Below, in pieces: positions 53,533 to 63,147 of a stretch of DNA of 64,000 nucleotides; the stretch's first letter is position 1, and every line of letters begins with the position of its first letter. The translations under genes and the position numbers were made by a program. This stretch comes from Myxococcota bacterium. GTDB taxonomy: Bacteria; Myxococcota_A; UBA796; UBA2385. The stretch covers positions 96,001-160,000 of the forward strand of contig JBIJDH010000019.1 in the NCBI GenBank assembly GCA_044344255.1, in the 5' to 3' direction. The notes under the pieces were generated by a model. The model saw only the letters and a program-made list of their open reading frames with translations, made no database searches and had not been told where the DNA came from.

Positions 53533-56300
53533 GGGACAACCGGACCAAGGATGGTGGGGGGCAGGCCGAGGCGGGCGGAGACGTCGCCGAGGGTGCGGCG
53601 AACGCTGGCGAGCCGAGCGGTGGAGAGGGGGTCGTTCGGGCGAAGTTCGAAGAGGTGGCCGGCGTCCTCGAGCTCGACGAGGGCGAGGAGCAGCTGGTCC
53701 TCCGCGATCCGGGTATCGGCGTCCGTCCGCGCGAGCTGGCCGAGGCGAAAGACCGAGCGTGTGGCCTGCAGGCGGCTCGACCAGGTGGGCAACAGCGCCT
53801 GCTGCGACTGCTGGGCCTGCTCGAGCTCATCGGCGAGGCCCACCACAGCGCGATAGGCGTTGGTGAGGGTGGCCATGCGGGTCTGATAGCTCGGGCCGGT
53901 CCAACGCTCGATGGGCATGAAGACGCCGAGGGCCGCCACCGCTGGGCTCGCGTTGAAGGCCAGCACCGCGCCGAAAGCGAGCAGCGCGAGGCCGAAGGCC
54001 GGCCCCAGGACGCCGGCCCGGCGCGGCGCGAGGCCCCGCTCGGCGAGGGCGCTCACCCGCGGCGCCCCGCACTCTTCGCAGGCGCTGTCCGCCGCCGGGT
54101 ACGGGTGGCCGCAGGCGCGGCAGGGGAGGCGGCCCGTCACCGTGCGAGAGCGGCCGACGTCGAGCACCCGCCGGAGGAAGCTGCCGTTGCCCATCGCCAC
54201 CGAGAAGGGGACGGTGAGCACCGCGAGGAAGGAGCGCACGGGCTGATCTTCGACGTAGCGCTCCCCCAACCAGGGGGAGGCCGAGCCGAAGACGAGGCGG
54301 CTGACCGCCTCGCGCTCGTCGGAGGCGAGGGGCATGAACTGGAGCCGGACGGTGCGCACCCCGTCGGTCTCCAGCCGCTGGAAGACCACGTCCGCCGGCA
54401 ACAACAGACCGTGCGCCGCGCCATCGTCCACAAAGACAGAGACGGTGGAGGGGAGGGTGAGCTCTCCGCTCACCCGCACCTGAAGGCCGGTGGTGGAGAG
54501 GTCGACGGTGGTGCCACGCCACCGCTCCTCGCGCTCCACCCCTTGGATGCCCACCGGGAGCGCCCGGTGGACGCGGTGCCGCTGCCGCCGCTGAGCAGGT
54601 TCGAAGGCGGAGGCGGCCGCCACCAGCAGCACGATGATGTTGAACAGGTTCCAGACACCGGCGATGATGATGGTGTCCCGCTCGGTCGGGTAGGCCTCGA
54701 TCCGCGGGCCCATCGCCACCAGCGCGCCGAAGGCGCAGCCGAGCAGCACGAGGGTCGGCAGCGCGTTCCGCCAGTCGAAGGTGGCCTGCTCCGCCTGCCC
54801 GCCCTTGTCGGTCACGTTGAAGCGCCCCCGCTTGGGGGCGATGATGGCGAAGACGGTGACCAGCGCCAGGTAAGGCGCCATCACGGTCTCAAAGACCTCG
54901 GCCCAGAAGCTGTGCCGCGTGGACCGGTTGACCAACGAAGCCCCCACCCACGACAGCGCGAGGTGCGGCGCGCTGTAGAGCAGCACCTCCCGAACGTCGC
55001 CGATGACGGGGTGCAGCCCGAAGACGAGGTAGAGCACGGGCGTGAAGAGGAAGATCAGGCGCGGCAGTCCGAACATGAAGTGCCAGGACGCGCACAGATA
55101 GTTGAGCCGCTGCGCGAGGCTGAGCCCCGACTTGAGCAGCGGGTTGTCGGTGCGGAAGATCTGCGCCATGCCGCGGGCCCAGCGGATCCGCTGCGTGATG
55201 TACTGGGCCTGCCGCTCCGTGGCGAGCCCCGCCGCCAGCGGGATGTCCAGGTAGGCGGAGCGCCAGCCCTTCGCGTGCATCTTCAGCGCGGTGTGCGCGT
55301 CCTCGGTGAGGGTCTCCTCGGCCATGCCGCCGACATCGAGCAGGGCCTCCCTCGACAAGAGCGCGCAAGATCCACAGAAGAAGGCCGAGTTCCAGAAGTC
55401 GTTCCCCGGCTGAACCACGTGGTAGAAGAACTTCTGTTCACTCGGGACCACCCCCGCGAGGTGGAGGTTTCGCTCGAAGTGGTCGGGGTTGTAGAAGTGA
55501 TGCGGCGTCTGGACGAGCGCCATCTTCTTCTCTGCGAGGAAGAAGCCCACCGTCGAGGTGAGGAACTCCCGCGAAGGGACATGGTCGGCGTCGAACATCG
55601 CCACCAGCTCTCCCTCGGTCTGGTGGAGCGCGTGGTTGATGTTGCCGGCCTTGGCGCCCTTGTTGTCGGGCCGCGTCAAGTACCGGCAGCCGAGCCGCTC
55701 GGCCAGCTCCTTCATCTCCGGCCGGCGCCCGTCGTCGAGCAACCACACCGTCTTCTTCGGGTAGTCCATCGCCAGGGCCCCCGCGACGGTGTCGTGGAGG
55801 ATGTCGACGGACTCGTTGTACGTGGGGATGTAGACGTCTACGGTGGGGAGCAGCGCCGGATCGTCGGGGAGGGCGAGGGGGACCCGCCGCTTGGTGATCG
55901 CGGTCTGGAAGTAGCCGCCGAGCAGCACCGTGTAGGCGTAGGCCTCGGCGCCGAACAGGAGGAGGCCGGAGATGGCGTCGGGGGTGGCGGCCCACTCGAC
56001 GGTGTTGCTCAGGCGGTACCAGAGGTAGCGGGTGGAGACCGCCACCGACAGCGCCGCGACCGCGAGGCGGTCCTGAGGCCGCCACCGAACGATCAGCAGG
56101 CCAATGCCGACCAGCACCGCCGAGAGGGCGACGTGCTGCCGCGTCGGCATGTCCGCGAGCACGTAGAGGACCATGGGGAAGGCCAGGGCCCCGACCACGA
56201 TGGCAGAGAGCAACCTCGAACCCGCACCGAACACCGGGACGTCGCTCTCGCCGACGGTGGCTGGGGTGGACGAGGCGGCGCTGGGGGTCGGCGGAGACAT
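53529..56300 (-). CDS. bcsA: Cellulose synthase catalytic subunit BcsA with PilZ domain and extra C-terminal zinc ribbon/TM extension
   Basis: PTYNE, DDG, AKAGN, DADH, QTPH, FFCGS, TED, QRIRW, FNVTDK; PilZ RQRHR and DLSTTG. Confidence 0.95.
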   Translation of the reverse strand: MSPPTPSAASSTPATVGESDVPVFGAGSRLLSAIVVGALAFPMVLYVLADMPTRQHVALSAVLVGIGLLIVRWRPQDRLAVAALSVAVSTRYLWYRLSNTVEWAATPDAISGLLLFGAEAYAYTVLLGGYFQTAITKRRVPLALPDDPALLPTVDVYIPTYNESVDILHDTVAGALAMDYPKKTVWLLDDGRRPEMKELAERLGCRYLTRPDNKGAKAGNINHALHQTEGELVAMFDADHVPSREFLTSTVGFFLAEKKMALVQTPHHFYNPDHFERNLHLAGVVPSEQKFFYHVVQPGNDFWNSAFFCGSCALLSREALLDVGGMAEETLTEDAHTALKMHAKGWRSAYLDIPLAAGLATERQAQYITQRIRWARGMAQIFRTDNPLLKSGLSLAQRLNYLCASWHFMFGLPRLIFLFTPVLYLVFGLHPVIGDVREVLLYSAPHLALSWVGASLVNRSTRHSFWAEVFETVMAPYLALVTVFAIIAPKRGRFNVTDKGGQAEQATFDWRNALPTLVLLGCAFGALVAMGPRIEAYPTERDTIIIAGVWNLFNIIVLLVAAASAFEPAQRRQRHRVHRALPVGIQGVEREERWRGTTVDLSTTGLQVRVSGELTLPSTVSVFVDDGAAHGLLLPADVVFQRLETDGVRTVRLQFMPLASDEREAVSRLVFGSASPWLGERYVEDQPVRSFLAVLTVPFSVAMGNGSFLRRVLDVGRSRTVTGRLPCRACGHPYPAADSACEECGAPRVSALAERGLAPRRAGVLGPAFGLALLAFGAVLAFNASPAVAALGVFMPIERWTGPSYQTRMATLTNAYRAVVGLADELEQAQQSQQALLPTWSSRLQATRSVFRLGQLARTDADTRIAEDQLLLALVELEDAGHLFELRPNDPLSTARLASVRRTLGDVSARLGLPPTILGPVVP

Positions 56301-56524
56301 CGTCGGGTCCAGTTCTGAGGAGCGGAGGGAGGAGAGGCCGGAGGGCTTCGACCTCAGCGAGCTCACCGGAGCACGACGTGATCTGAGACCCCAGGCGACG
56401 CCAAGAGGCGCCGCACCGTCCACCGACCACCCGCTCACCGGGCTCGCCGCCGGACGAGCCGTCGGTCGAGGCGCCCACCGCTCCGGCCAGCGCAACCGAC
56501 TTCTACACCGGGGTTCAAGAGCGC

Positions 56525-56586
56525 CGCAATGACAAATCGTTACAACGCGAGGTCACTCTAGTGTTGACACATGCTCACACCTATGC
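56525..56586. promoter_or_regulatory. AT-richer patch in the divergent bcsA/oleA intergenic region, likely promoter zone
   Basis: Perfect TTGACA at 56564-56569 inside the near-palindrome gtgttgacac; no convincing -10 at canonical spacing. Confidence 0.4.
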
Positions 56587-56790
56587 GCGACTCCGCGCGC
56601 CCCGCTCAGCCGCAGGGCGCTATCTGTTCGACGGCGTCGAGTTCGCCGACGGACGTCAGGCACCCGCGGCGCGGTGGGATGGGGCGCGCGCTGCACCCGC
56701 GGGCCGGACTCCACCCCGGCGTTCCGTTCAATTTCCTGACAGGGGATCCCGGCGCGGCGCGATCGGGCGATCGGGTTAGCAGGCGCCGCC

Positions 56791-57807
56791 ATGCTGTTCC
56801 ACAACGTCTCCATCATCGGCGTCGACTGCGTCGATGCGCCCCACCGGGTCTCCACTGCGGAGCTCTCGGCCCGCCTCGGGTCCAAGCTCACCGCGCTCGG
56901 CATGCCCGCGAACCTGCTGGAGCTGCTCACCGGGATCAAGGCGCGCCGCTTCTGGGATGAGGGCGTGCAGCCCTCCGAGGTGGCGGCGATGGCGGGCGAG
57001 CGCGTGCTGGCGCGCACCGGCGTCGAACGCGCCCGCGTGGGCGTGGTGGTCAGCACCTCGGTCTGCAAAGACTTCGTCGAGCCCTCCGTCGCCAGCACCG
57101 TGCACGGCCGCCTCGGCCTCTCGGCGGAGTGCCTCAACTTTGACCTCGGCAACGCCTGCCTCGCCTTCTTGAACGCCATCGACGTGGTGGGCGCCCTCAT
57201 CGAGCGCGGCCAGGTCGACTACGGCCTGATCGTAGACGGCGAGGGCAGCCGCGCCATCACCGAGGCCACGATCGAGCGCCTCGGCCGCCCCGAGTCCACC
57301 GCCGACGACCTCAAGGCGCAGATCGCCTCCCTCACCCTCGGCTCGGGCGCCGCCGCGATGCTGCTCGGCCGGTCTGACCTCTCCCCGGGCGGCCACCGCT
57401 ACCGGGGCTCGGTGAGCCTCGCGGCCAGCCGCCACAACGGCCTCTGCCGCGGCCAGGCCGACCAGATGATCACCGACTCCGGCGCCCTGCTCACGGCCGG
57501 CCTCGAGCTCGCCCGCCAGACCTGGGAGCGCGCCCGCGTGGCCCTCGACTGGGAGGCCGATCGCCTCGACGAGGTGGTGATCCATCAGGTCAGCCGCACC
57601 CACACCGTGCAGCTCGCCCGCGCGCTCGGCATCGACACCGCACGAATGCACGCCATCTATCCGGAGCTCGGGAACGTCGGCCCCGCCTCCGTCCCCATCA
57701 CGCTCGCCAAGGCGGAGGCCCTCGGGCGGCTCCGCCCGGGGGCGCGCGTGGGCCTGCTCGGCATCGGCAGCGGGCTGAACTGCACCATGGCCGAAGTGAT
57801 CTGGTAG
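56791..57807 (+). CDS. oleA: OleA acyl-CoA:acyl-CoA alkyltransferase (thiolase/FabH-like)
   Basis: MLFHNVSI, TGIKARRFW, EPSVAS, NFDLGNACLAF, HQVS, GNVGPASVP, GIGSGLNC. Confidence 0.93.
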   Translation: MLFHNVSIIGVDCVDAPHRVSTAELSARLGSKLTALGMPANLLELLTGIKARRFWDEGVQPSEVAAMAGERVLARTGVERARVGVVVSTSVCKDFVEPSVASTVHGRLGLSAECLNFDLGNACLAFLNAIDVVGALIERGQVDYGLIVDGEGSRAITEATIERLGRPESTADDLKAQIASLTLGSGAAAMLLGRSDLSPGGHRYRGSVSLAASRHNGLCRGQADQMITDSGALLTAGLELARQTWERARVALDWEADRLDEVVIHQVSRTHTVQLARALGIDTARMHAIYPELGNVGPASVPITLAKAEALGRLRPGARVGLLGIGSGLNCTMAEVIW

Positions 57808-57809
57808 AC

Positions 57810-58688
57810 ATGCTCGCCGAGCACCTGTACCCCTTCCGCGGAAAGACCACCTCCATCGGTGGCTTCCAGATGCACTACCTCGACGAGGGGCAGGGCCGGC
57901 CCGTGCTCATGGTGCACGGCAACCCGACGTGGTCGTTCTACTACCGCAACGTGGTGCTCGCGCTCCGCGACCGCCAGCGGTGCATCGTCCCCGACCACAT
58001 CGGCTGCGGCCTCTCCGAGAAGCCCCCGCTGTCGGACTACCCCTACACCCTCGAGCGGCGGGTGGCCGACCTCGGCGCCTTGATCGACGGGCTCGAGCTC
58101 ACCGGCCCGATCGACCTCATCGTCCACGACTGGGGCGGCATGATCGGCCTCGCCTGGGCGGCCCGCCACCCCGAGCGGGTGGGGCGCATCGTGCTGCTCA
58201 ACACGGGGGCCTTCCCGAAGCCCTCCACCAAGCGGATGCCCCCCGCGCTCTCGATGGCCCGCGACACCCGCCTCGGCGGCTGGCTGGTCCTCCGCTGGAA
58301 CGCCTTCGCCTGGGCGGCCACGCGGGTGACCACCACCAAGCCGCTGCCCCCGGACGTGAAGGCCGGCTACCTCCACCCCTACGACAGCCCCGCGAACCGC
58401 ATCGCGACCCTGCGCTTCGTGGTCGACATCCCCCTCAGCCCGGCTGACCCTGGCTACGCCCTCGTCGCCGAGACCGCCACGCTGCTGCACGGGCTCCGGG
58501 GTCACCCCATCCTCGCCTGCTGGGGCGAGCGCGACTGGGTCTTCGACCACCACTTCCTGCGCGTCTTCACCGAGACCTGGCCACAGATGGAGGTCCACCG
58601 CTACCCCGACGCCGGCCACTACGTGCTCGACGACGAGCAGGAGTCGGTCATCGGGCACATCCGCCGCTTCCTCGGGGCCCCGGCGTGA
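57810..58688 (+). CDS. oleB: OleB beta-lactone decarboxylase (haloalkane dehalogenase-like alpha/beta hydrolase)
   Basis: HGNPTWSFYYR, PDHIGCGLS, HDWGG, LLNT, FV.DIP, GHYVL. Confidence 0.92.
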   Translation: MLAEHLYPFRGKTTSIGGFQMHYLDEGQGRPVLMVHGNPTWSFYYRNVVLALRDRQRCIVPDHIGCGLSEKPPLSDYPYTLERRVADLGALIDGLELTGPIDLIVHDWGGMIGLAWAARHPERVGRIVLLNTGAFPKPSTKRMPPALSMARDTRLGGWLVLRWNAFAWAATRVTTTKPLPPDVKAGYLHPYDSPANRIATLRFVVDIPLSPADPGYALVAETATLLHGLRGHPILACWGERDWVFDHHFLRVFTETWPQMEVHRYPDAGHYVLDDEQESVIGHIRRFLGAPA

Positions 58689-60346
58689 GCGCGGAGGTCA
58701 CCGCCAACATCGCCTCCTGGCTGCCCTATCAGGCGCGGCGTCAGCCCCACACGGTCGCCCTCTTCTTCCCCCACACGGTCGACCGAAACGGCCGCGTGGC
58801 CCACACCCACGCCACCTACGCCCAGCTCGATCACGACAGCGACATCATCGCGGCCGGCCTCCAGGCGGTGGGCATCGACAAGGGTCGCCGCGTGGCCCTG
58901 ATGGTCAAGCCCAGCCTCGAGTTCTTCGCGCTCACCTTCGCCATCTTCAAGACCGGCGCCGTCCCTGTGCTGGTTGACCCCGGCATCGGCCTCAAGCACC
59001 TCAAGGCCTGCCTCGGGGAGGCCCAGCCCGAGGCCTTCATCGGCATCCCCGAGGCCCACGCCGCCCGCGTGCTGCTCGGCTGGGCGGGCGCGACGGTGAA
59101 GACCCTCGTGACGGTCGGCCCCCGCTGGTTCTGGGGCGGGCTCAGCCTCGAAGACGTCAAGGCCCGCGGGCGCGCCGCGCCGCCCTTCCAGATGGCCGAG
59201 ACGGATCCCTCCGACATGGCCGCCGTGCTCTTCACGAGCGGCGCCACGGGCGTGCCCAAGGGGGCGATCTACACCCACGGCACCTTCCTGGCCCAGGTCG
59301 ACATCATCCGCGAGACCTACGACATCCGGCCCGGCGAGATCGATCTCCCCACCTTCCCCCTCTTCGCCCTCTTCGACCCCGCCCTCGGCATGACCACCGT
59401 GATCCCCGACATGGACTTCGCCAAGCCCGCCTCGGTCGATCCGCGCAAGATCATCGCCGCCATCGAGGACTTCGGCGTCACCAACATGTTCGGCTCACCG
59501 GCGCTGCTCGACACGGTGAGCCGCTACGGAGCCGCGCAGAACATCCGCCTCCCCACCTTGAAGCGGGTGATCTCCGCTGGCGCGCCGGTCTCCCCGGTGA
59601 TCATCGAGCGGGTGATGAGCCTGCTCGAGCCCGACGCCCTGCTGCACACGCCCTACGGCGCCACCGAGTCGCTGCCGGTGGCCTCGATCAGCTCGGAGAC
59701 CATCCTCGGCGAGACCCGAGAGGCCACCGACCGCGGCGCCGGCATCTGCGTGGGGCGGCCCGTCTCCGGGGCCGAGGTGCGCATCATCCGCATCACCGAC
59801 AAGCCCATCACCGAGTGGAGCGACGAGCTGCTCGTCGGGCCCGACGAGGTGGGGGAGATCACGGTGCGGGGGCCGATGGTGAGCCTCTCCTACTGGAACC
59901 GCCCCGCCGCCACCGAGGCCGCCAAGATCCGGGACGGCGAGACCATCATCCACCGCATGGGCGACCTCGGCTACTTCGACGAGCAGGGCCGCCTCTGGTT
60001 CTGCGGTCGGAAGGCGCACCGCGTGGCCACCGCCAAGGGCACGCTCTTCACCGACCCCTGCGAGGGGGTCTTCAATACGCACCCCGCCGTCCGCCGCACC
60101 GCCCTCGTCGCCCTCCAGCGGGCCTCCGGCGTCGAGCCTGCGATCTGCGTCGAGCTGGAGGCCGACCGCCCCGCCCCGGAGTGGTCGGGCCTCGTCGCCG
60201 AGCTCGCGCAGCTTGGGGCGGCCTACCCCCACACCCGGGAGATTCACCATTTCCTGCGCCACCCCGGGTTTCCGGTGGATATCCGCCACAACGCCAAGAT
60301 CGATCGCGAGAAGCTGTCCGTCTGGGCGACGGCCCGTCTACAGTAA
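58685..60346 (+). CDS. oleC: OleC beta-lactone synthetase (AMP-dependent ligase)
   Basis: NIA, DPGIG, FTSGATGVPKG, FPLFALF, TPYGATE, HRMGD, FCGRK, PVDIRHNAKI. Confidence 0.93.
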   Translation: MSAEVTANIASWLPYQARRQPHTVALFFPHTVDRNGRVAHTHATYAQLDHDSDIIAAGLQAVGIDKGRRVALMVKPSLEFFALTFAIFKTGAVPVLVDPGIGLKHLKACLGEAQPEAFIGIPEAHAARVLLGWAGATVKTLVTVGPRWFWGGLSLEDVKARGRAAPPFQMAETDPSDMAAVLFTSGATGVPKGAIYTHGTFLAQVDIIRETYDIRPGEIDLPTFPLFALFDPALGMTTVIPDMDFAKPASVDPRKIIAAIEDFGVTNMFGSPALLDTVSRYGAAQNIRLPTLKRVISAGAPVSPVIIERVMSLLEPDALLHTPYGATESLPVASISSETILGETREATDRGAGICVGRPVSGAEVRIIRITDKPITEWSDELLVGPDEVGEITVRGPMVSLSYWNRPAATEAAKIRDGETIIHRMGDLGYFDEQGRLWFCGRKAHRVATAKGTLFTDPCEGVFNTHPAVRRTALVALQRASGVEPAICVELEADRPAPEWSGLVAELAQLGAAYPHTREIHHFLRHPGFPVDIRHNAKIDREKLSVWATARLQ

Positions 60347-60355
60347 GATGGGGCC

Positions 60356-60389
60356 GACGACAGAGAGGACAAGACGACAGAGAGGACAA
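60356..60389 (+). repeat. Exact 17-bp tandem duplication containing the oleD ribosome binding site
   Basis: gacgacagagaggacaa x2 immediately before g-ATG. Confidence 0.9.
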
Positions 60390-60390
60390 G

Positions 60391-61386
60391 ATGAGGGTGC
60401 TCGTGACCGGCGGCGGTGGTTTCCTGGGGCGCGCAGTGGTGCGCTTGTGTCAGGCGCGCGGCTGGGCGGTTCGCACCCTCGCTCGAAGGGACGCGCCCGA
60501 TCTGCGCGCCCAGGGTGTGGAGGTGCTGCAGGGCGACATCAACGACGGGCCCGCCGTGCACGCCGCCGTGGACGGCTGCGAGGGTGTCATCCACACCGCG
60601 GCCAAGGCGGGGGTCTGGGGCTCGAGGGCAGCCTACTATCGGGCCAACGTGTTCGGGACGGAGAACGTGCTCTTCGCGGTGGCCAAACACGGGACGCCCC
60701 GCCTCGTCTACACGAGCACCCCCTCGGTGGTGCACGGCGGCGGCGACATCGCGGGCGCCGACGAGTCGCTGCATTACCCCGCCGAGCACGAGACCCACTA
60801 CCCCGCCACCAAGGCCATCGCCGAGAAGATGGTGCTGGCCGCCAATTCAGCGAGCCTCTCCACGGTGGCGCTGCGCCCGCACCTCATCTGGGGCCCCGGC
60901 GACAACCACCTCGCCCCCCGCATCCTCGACCGCGCTCGCCGCGGCCGCCTCGCCTTCGTGGGCGACGGCACGAACCTCGTCGACACCACTTACATCGACA
61001 ACGCGGCCGAGGCGCACCTCCTCGCCCTCGATCGCCTCTCCCCCGGCGCGCCCTGCGCCGGCAAGGCCTACTTCATCACCAACGGCGAGCCTCGCCCCCT
61101 GCGCGACATCATCAACGGCATCCTCGCCGCCGCCGGGCTCCCGCCCAACCACCGCGCGGTCTCCCCGGCCCTCGCGAAGGCCGTCGGCGCCGTGCTGGAG
61201 GGGATCTACGGCCTCTTCCAGGTAGAGGCCGAGCCCCCGATGACCCGCTTCGTCGCGAGCCAGCTCTCCACCGCGCACTGGTACGACATCGGAGCCGCTC
61301 GCCGTGACCTCGGCTACATCCCCCGCGTCACCATCGACGAGGGGATGAAGCGGCTCGCCGCGGCCTATCGGGAGGCGCCCCCCTGA
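60391..61386 (+). CDS. oleD: OleD 2-alkyl-3-oxoalkanoate reductase (3-beta-HSD-like SDR)
   Basis: VTGGGGFLG, HTAAKAGVWG, YTSTPSVV, YPATKA, LRPHLIWGPGD, EPPMTRF. Confidence 0.93.
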   Translation: MRVLVTGGGGFLGRAVVRLCQARGWAVRTLARRDAPDLRAQGVEVLQGDINDGPAVHAAVDGCEGVIHTAAKAGVWGSRAAYYRANVFGTENVLFAVAKHGTPRLVYTSTPSVVHGGGDIAGADESLHYPAEHETHYPATKAIAEKMVLAANSASLSTVALRPHLIWGPGDNHLAPRILDRARRGRLAFVGDGTNLVDTTYIDNAAEAHLLALDRLSPGAPCAGKAYFITNGEPRPLRDIINGILAAAGLPPNHRAVSPALAKAVGAVLEGIYGLFQVEAEPPMTRFVASQLSTAHWYDIGAARRDLGYIPRVTIDEGMKRLAAAYREAPP

Positions 61387-61425
61387 CCCGCCCCGTGTCC
61401 GCGCCCCCTTCGGGCGGGCGTCGGC

Positions 61426-61905
61426 TCAAGAGCCGAAGGGGTCCATCGACCCACAGTTGTCGACGCTGAAGGCGGCGTCCCCCGCGTCGCCCTCGAGGGT
61501 GACGGTGCCGACGATCATCGCGCCGCTCGCGGCGGCGGTGGTCTCGAAGGAGAAGGTCTCCCGGAGACTGGTGGTGCCCTCGACGTTGGCGAAGAGCTCG
61601 AGGCCGCCCAACGGGTCCTCCGGATAGAAGTTGACGTAGACGCCGTCCGCCGGTGTGTTGAAGCCGACCCCGTCCTCGACGGCCGAACAAGAGAGGGCGA
61701 AGCTCGACAGGATCACGCGGACCGCCCCATCTGCCCCCTCGTCTTCAAAGGCGCGCCCGTCTACGAGGGCGGCCTCGCCGCCGCTCCACGTCACGCTGCC
61801 CTCCACGCCCGCCCCGCCCTCGGCGCCGCCCTTGCCGCCGCCGTCCGAACAGGCCACCAAGGACAACAGGGATATCAGGGACACCAGCAGGAACAACGAT
61901 CGCAT
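61426..61905 (-). CDS. Hypothetical lipoprotein
   Basis: GGAGG RBS, lipobox LVAC, Gly-rich linker. Confidence 0.7.
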   Translation of the reverse strand: MRSLFLLVSLISLLSLVACSDGGGKGGAEGGAGVEGSVTWSGGEAALVDGRAFEDEGADGAVRVILSSFALSCSAVEDGVGFNTPADGVYVNFYPEDPLGGLELFANVEGTTSLRETFSFETTAAASGAMIVGTVTLEGDAGDAAFSVDNCGSMDPFGS

Positions 61906-62020
61906 CGGAGCCTCCGAGGGTTGAACGGGCCGCCCGCTGGACCGTTCTGGCCGCGCCTCCCCTCTATCGGGGGTGGCCCTTACGCGCCCCGACCGCCCCT
62001 TACACGCCCTCTCCGCCGTA

Positions 62021-62710
62021 TCAGATCGCCCGCAGGGCCTCGACGTCGAGGACCGTGACCCGCCCGCGGCCCCCCTCGATCCAGCCGCTCTTCTCGAAGC
62101 GCGCGACCACCCGGGAGACGGTGTACTGGTTCGAGCCCACGAGCTCGGCCAGGTCTTGTCGGGTCAGTCGGAGCTCGGGCCGGAGCTGGGCGGCCTCGGC
62201 CCGGCACGCGAGGCGGACGAGCACATGGGCGACCCTCCGCTCCACGCTCTCCGTCGTCATCTCGTGGAGCCGGTCGCGCAGCTCCTCCATCCGGCCGGAG
62301 AGGATCTGGAGGGCGTTCCGTGACACCACCGGGAGCTCGGCGACGAGCGCCGTCAGCGCGGCCCGGTCAAAGGCGAGCAGGGTGGCGTCCTCGATCACCT
62401 CGGCGGAGCCCGGATAGGCCCTGGCACCGCCGAGGATCGCGCAGCCCAGCACATCGCCGGCGCCGGCGAGGTTGAGCACCAGGAGCTGCCCCTCCGCGCC
62501 CTGGCGGGTGACCCGCGCTCGACCCTCCACGAGCACGAAGAGCGTCTCGGCGGCCGCGCGCTCGTGGAAGAGCCAGGTCCCCACGGGCGCCCGCCGCCGA
62601 ACGCCGAGGGCGAGGACCCGACCGAGCTCCGCCTCCACGAGCCCCGCGAAGAGCGGCCCCCGCGACAAGAGCCGGAGCTCCGGGCGGAGCGTGACGCCGC
62701 CCTCCTTCAT
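62021..62710 (-). CDS. Crp/Fnr family transcriptional regulator (NnrR/DNR-like; no FNR Cys cluster)
   Basis: cNMP-binding fold (LFAGL, LVEGRARV, GDVLG), VERRVA, HTH LTRQDLAELVGSNQYTVSR. Confidence 0.9.
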   Translation of the reverse strand: MKEGGVTLRPELRLLSRGPLFAGLVEAELGRVLALGVRRRAPVGTWLFHERAAAETLFVLVEGRARVTRQGAEGQLLVLNLAGAGDVLGCAILGGARAYPGSAEVIEDATLLAFDRAALTALVAELPVVSRNALQILSGRMEELRDRLHEMTTESVERRVAHVLVRLACRAEAAQLRPELRLTRQDLAELVGSNQYTVSRVVARFEKSGWIEGGRGRVTVLDVEALRAI

Positions 62711-63147
62711 TCGTTCACGCGCTCCACCCCGGGGAGGCGGCTGAGGTCGACGTCCGCCAGCGTGTTGGCGCGCGCCCAGGTGTCGCACATCTGCTGCAGG
62801 TCTTTGTACATGTCATGGAGCGCACAGGGCGCCGCCTCGTTGCAGCGCGCGAAGCCGAAGGCGCAGTGGGTGGTCTTGAGCTCGATGTCGGCGGCGACCA
62901 GCACGTCGATCACGCGCACGCTCGCCGCGGGCCGCGCGAGCCGGAAGCCGCCGTGGTGGCCCTTCTGCCCGAGCAGGAGGCCGTTCTGCACGAGCCGACG
63001 CAGCACCTTGGCCAGGAAGGCAGGGGGCACGTTGGCCTGCAGGGCGAGATCACGGGCGGTGAGCCAACCGTCGGCGGGGAGGGCCGCGAGGCAGACCGCC
63101 GCGCGCAGCGCATACTCACCGGAGGTCGGCAGGACGGAGTGGATCAT
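62707..63147 (-). CDS. Rrf2 family transcriptional regulator with Cys3His motif
   Basis: EYALRA, P..FLAKVL..L, GHHGGFRLAR, CAFGFARCNEAAPCALH. Confidence 0.92.
   Translation of the reverse strand: MIHSVLPTSGEYALRAAVCLAALPADGWLTARDLALQANVPPAFLAKVLRRLVQNGLLLGQKGHHGGFRLARPAASVRVIDVLVAADIELKTTHCAFGFARCNEAAPCALHDMYKDLQQMCDTWARANTLADVDLSRLPGVERVNE

Noticed and set aside
56301..56560. Possible c-di-GMP riboswitch ahead of bcsA
   Set aside because: No GEMM-like tetraloop/receptor architecture recognisable by eye.
57810..58688. Haloalkane dehalogenase call
   Set aside because: Position between oleA and oleC identifies it as OleB.
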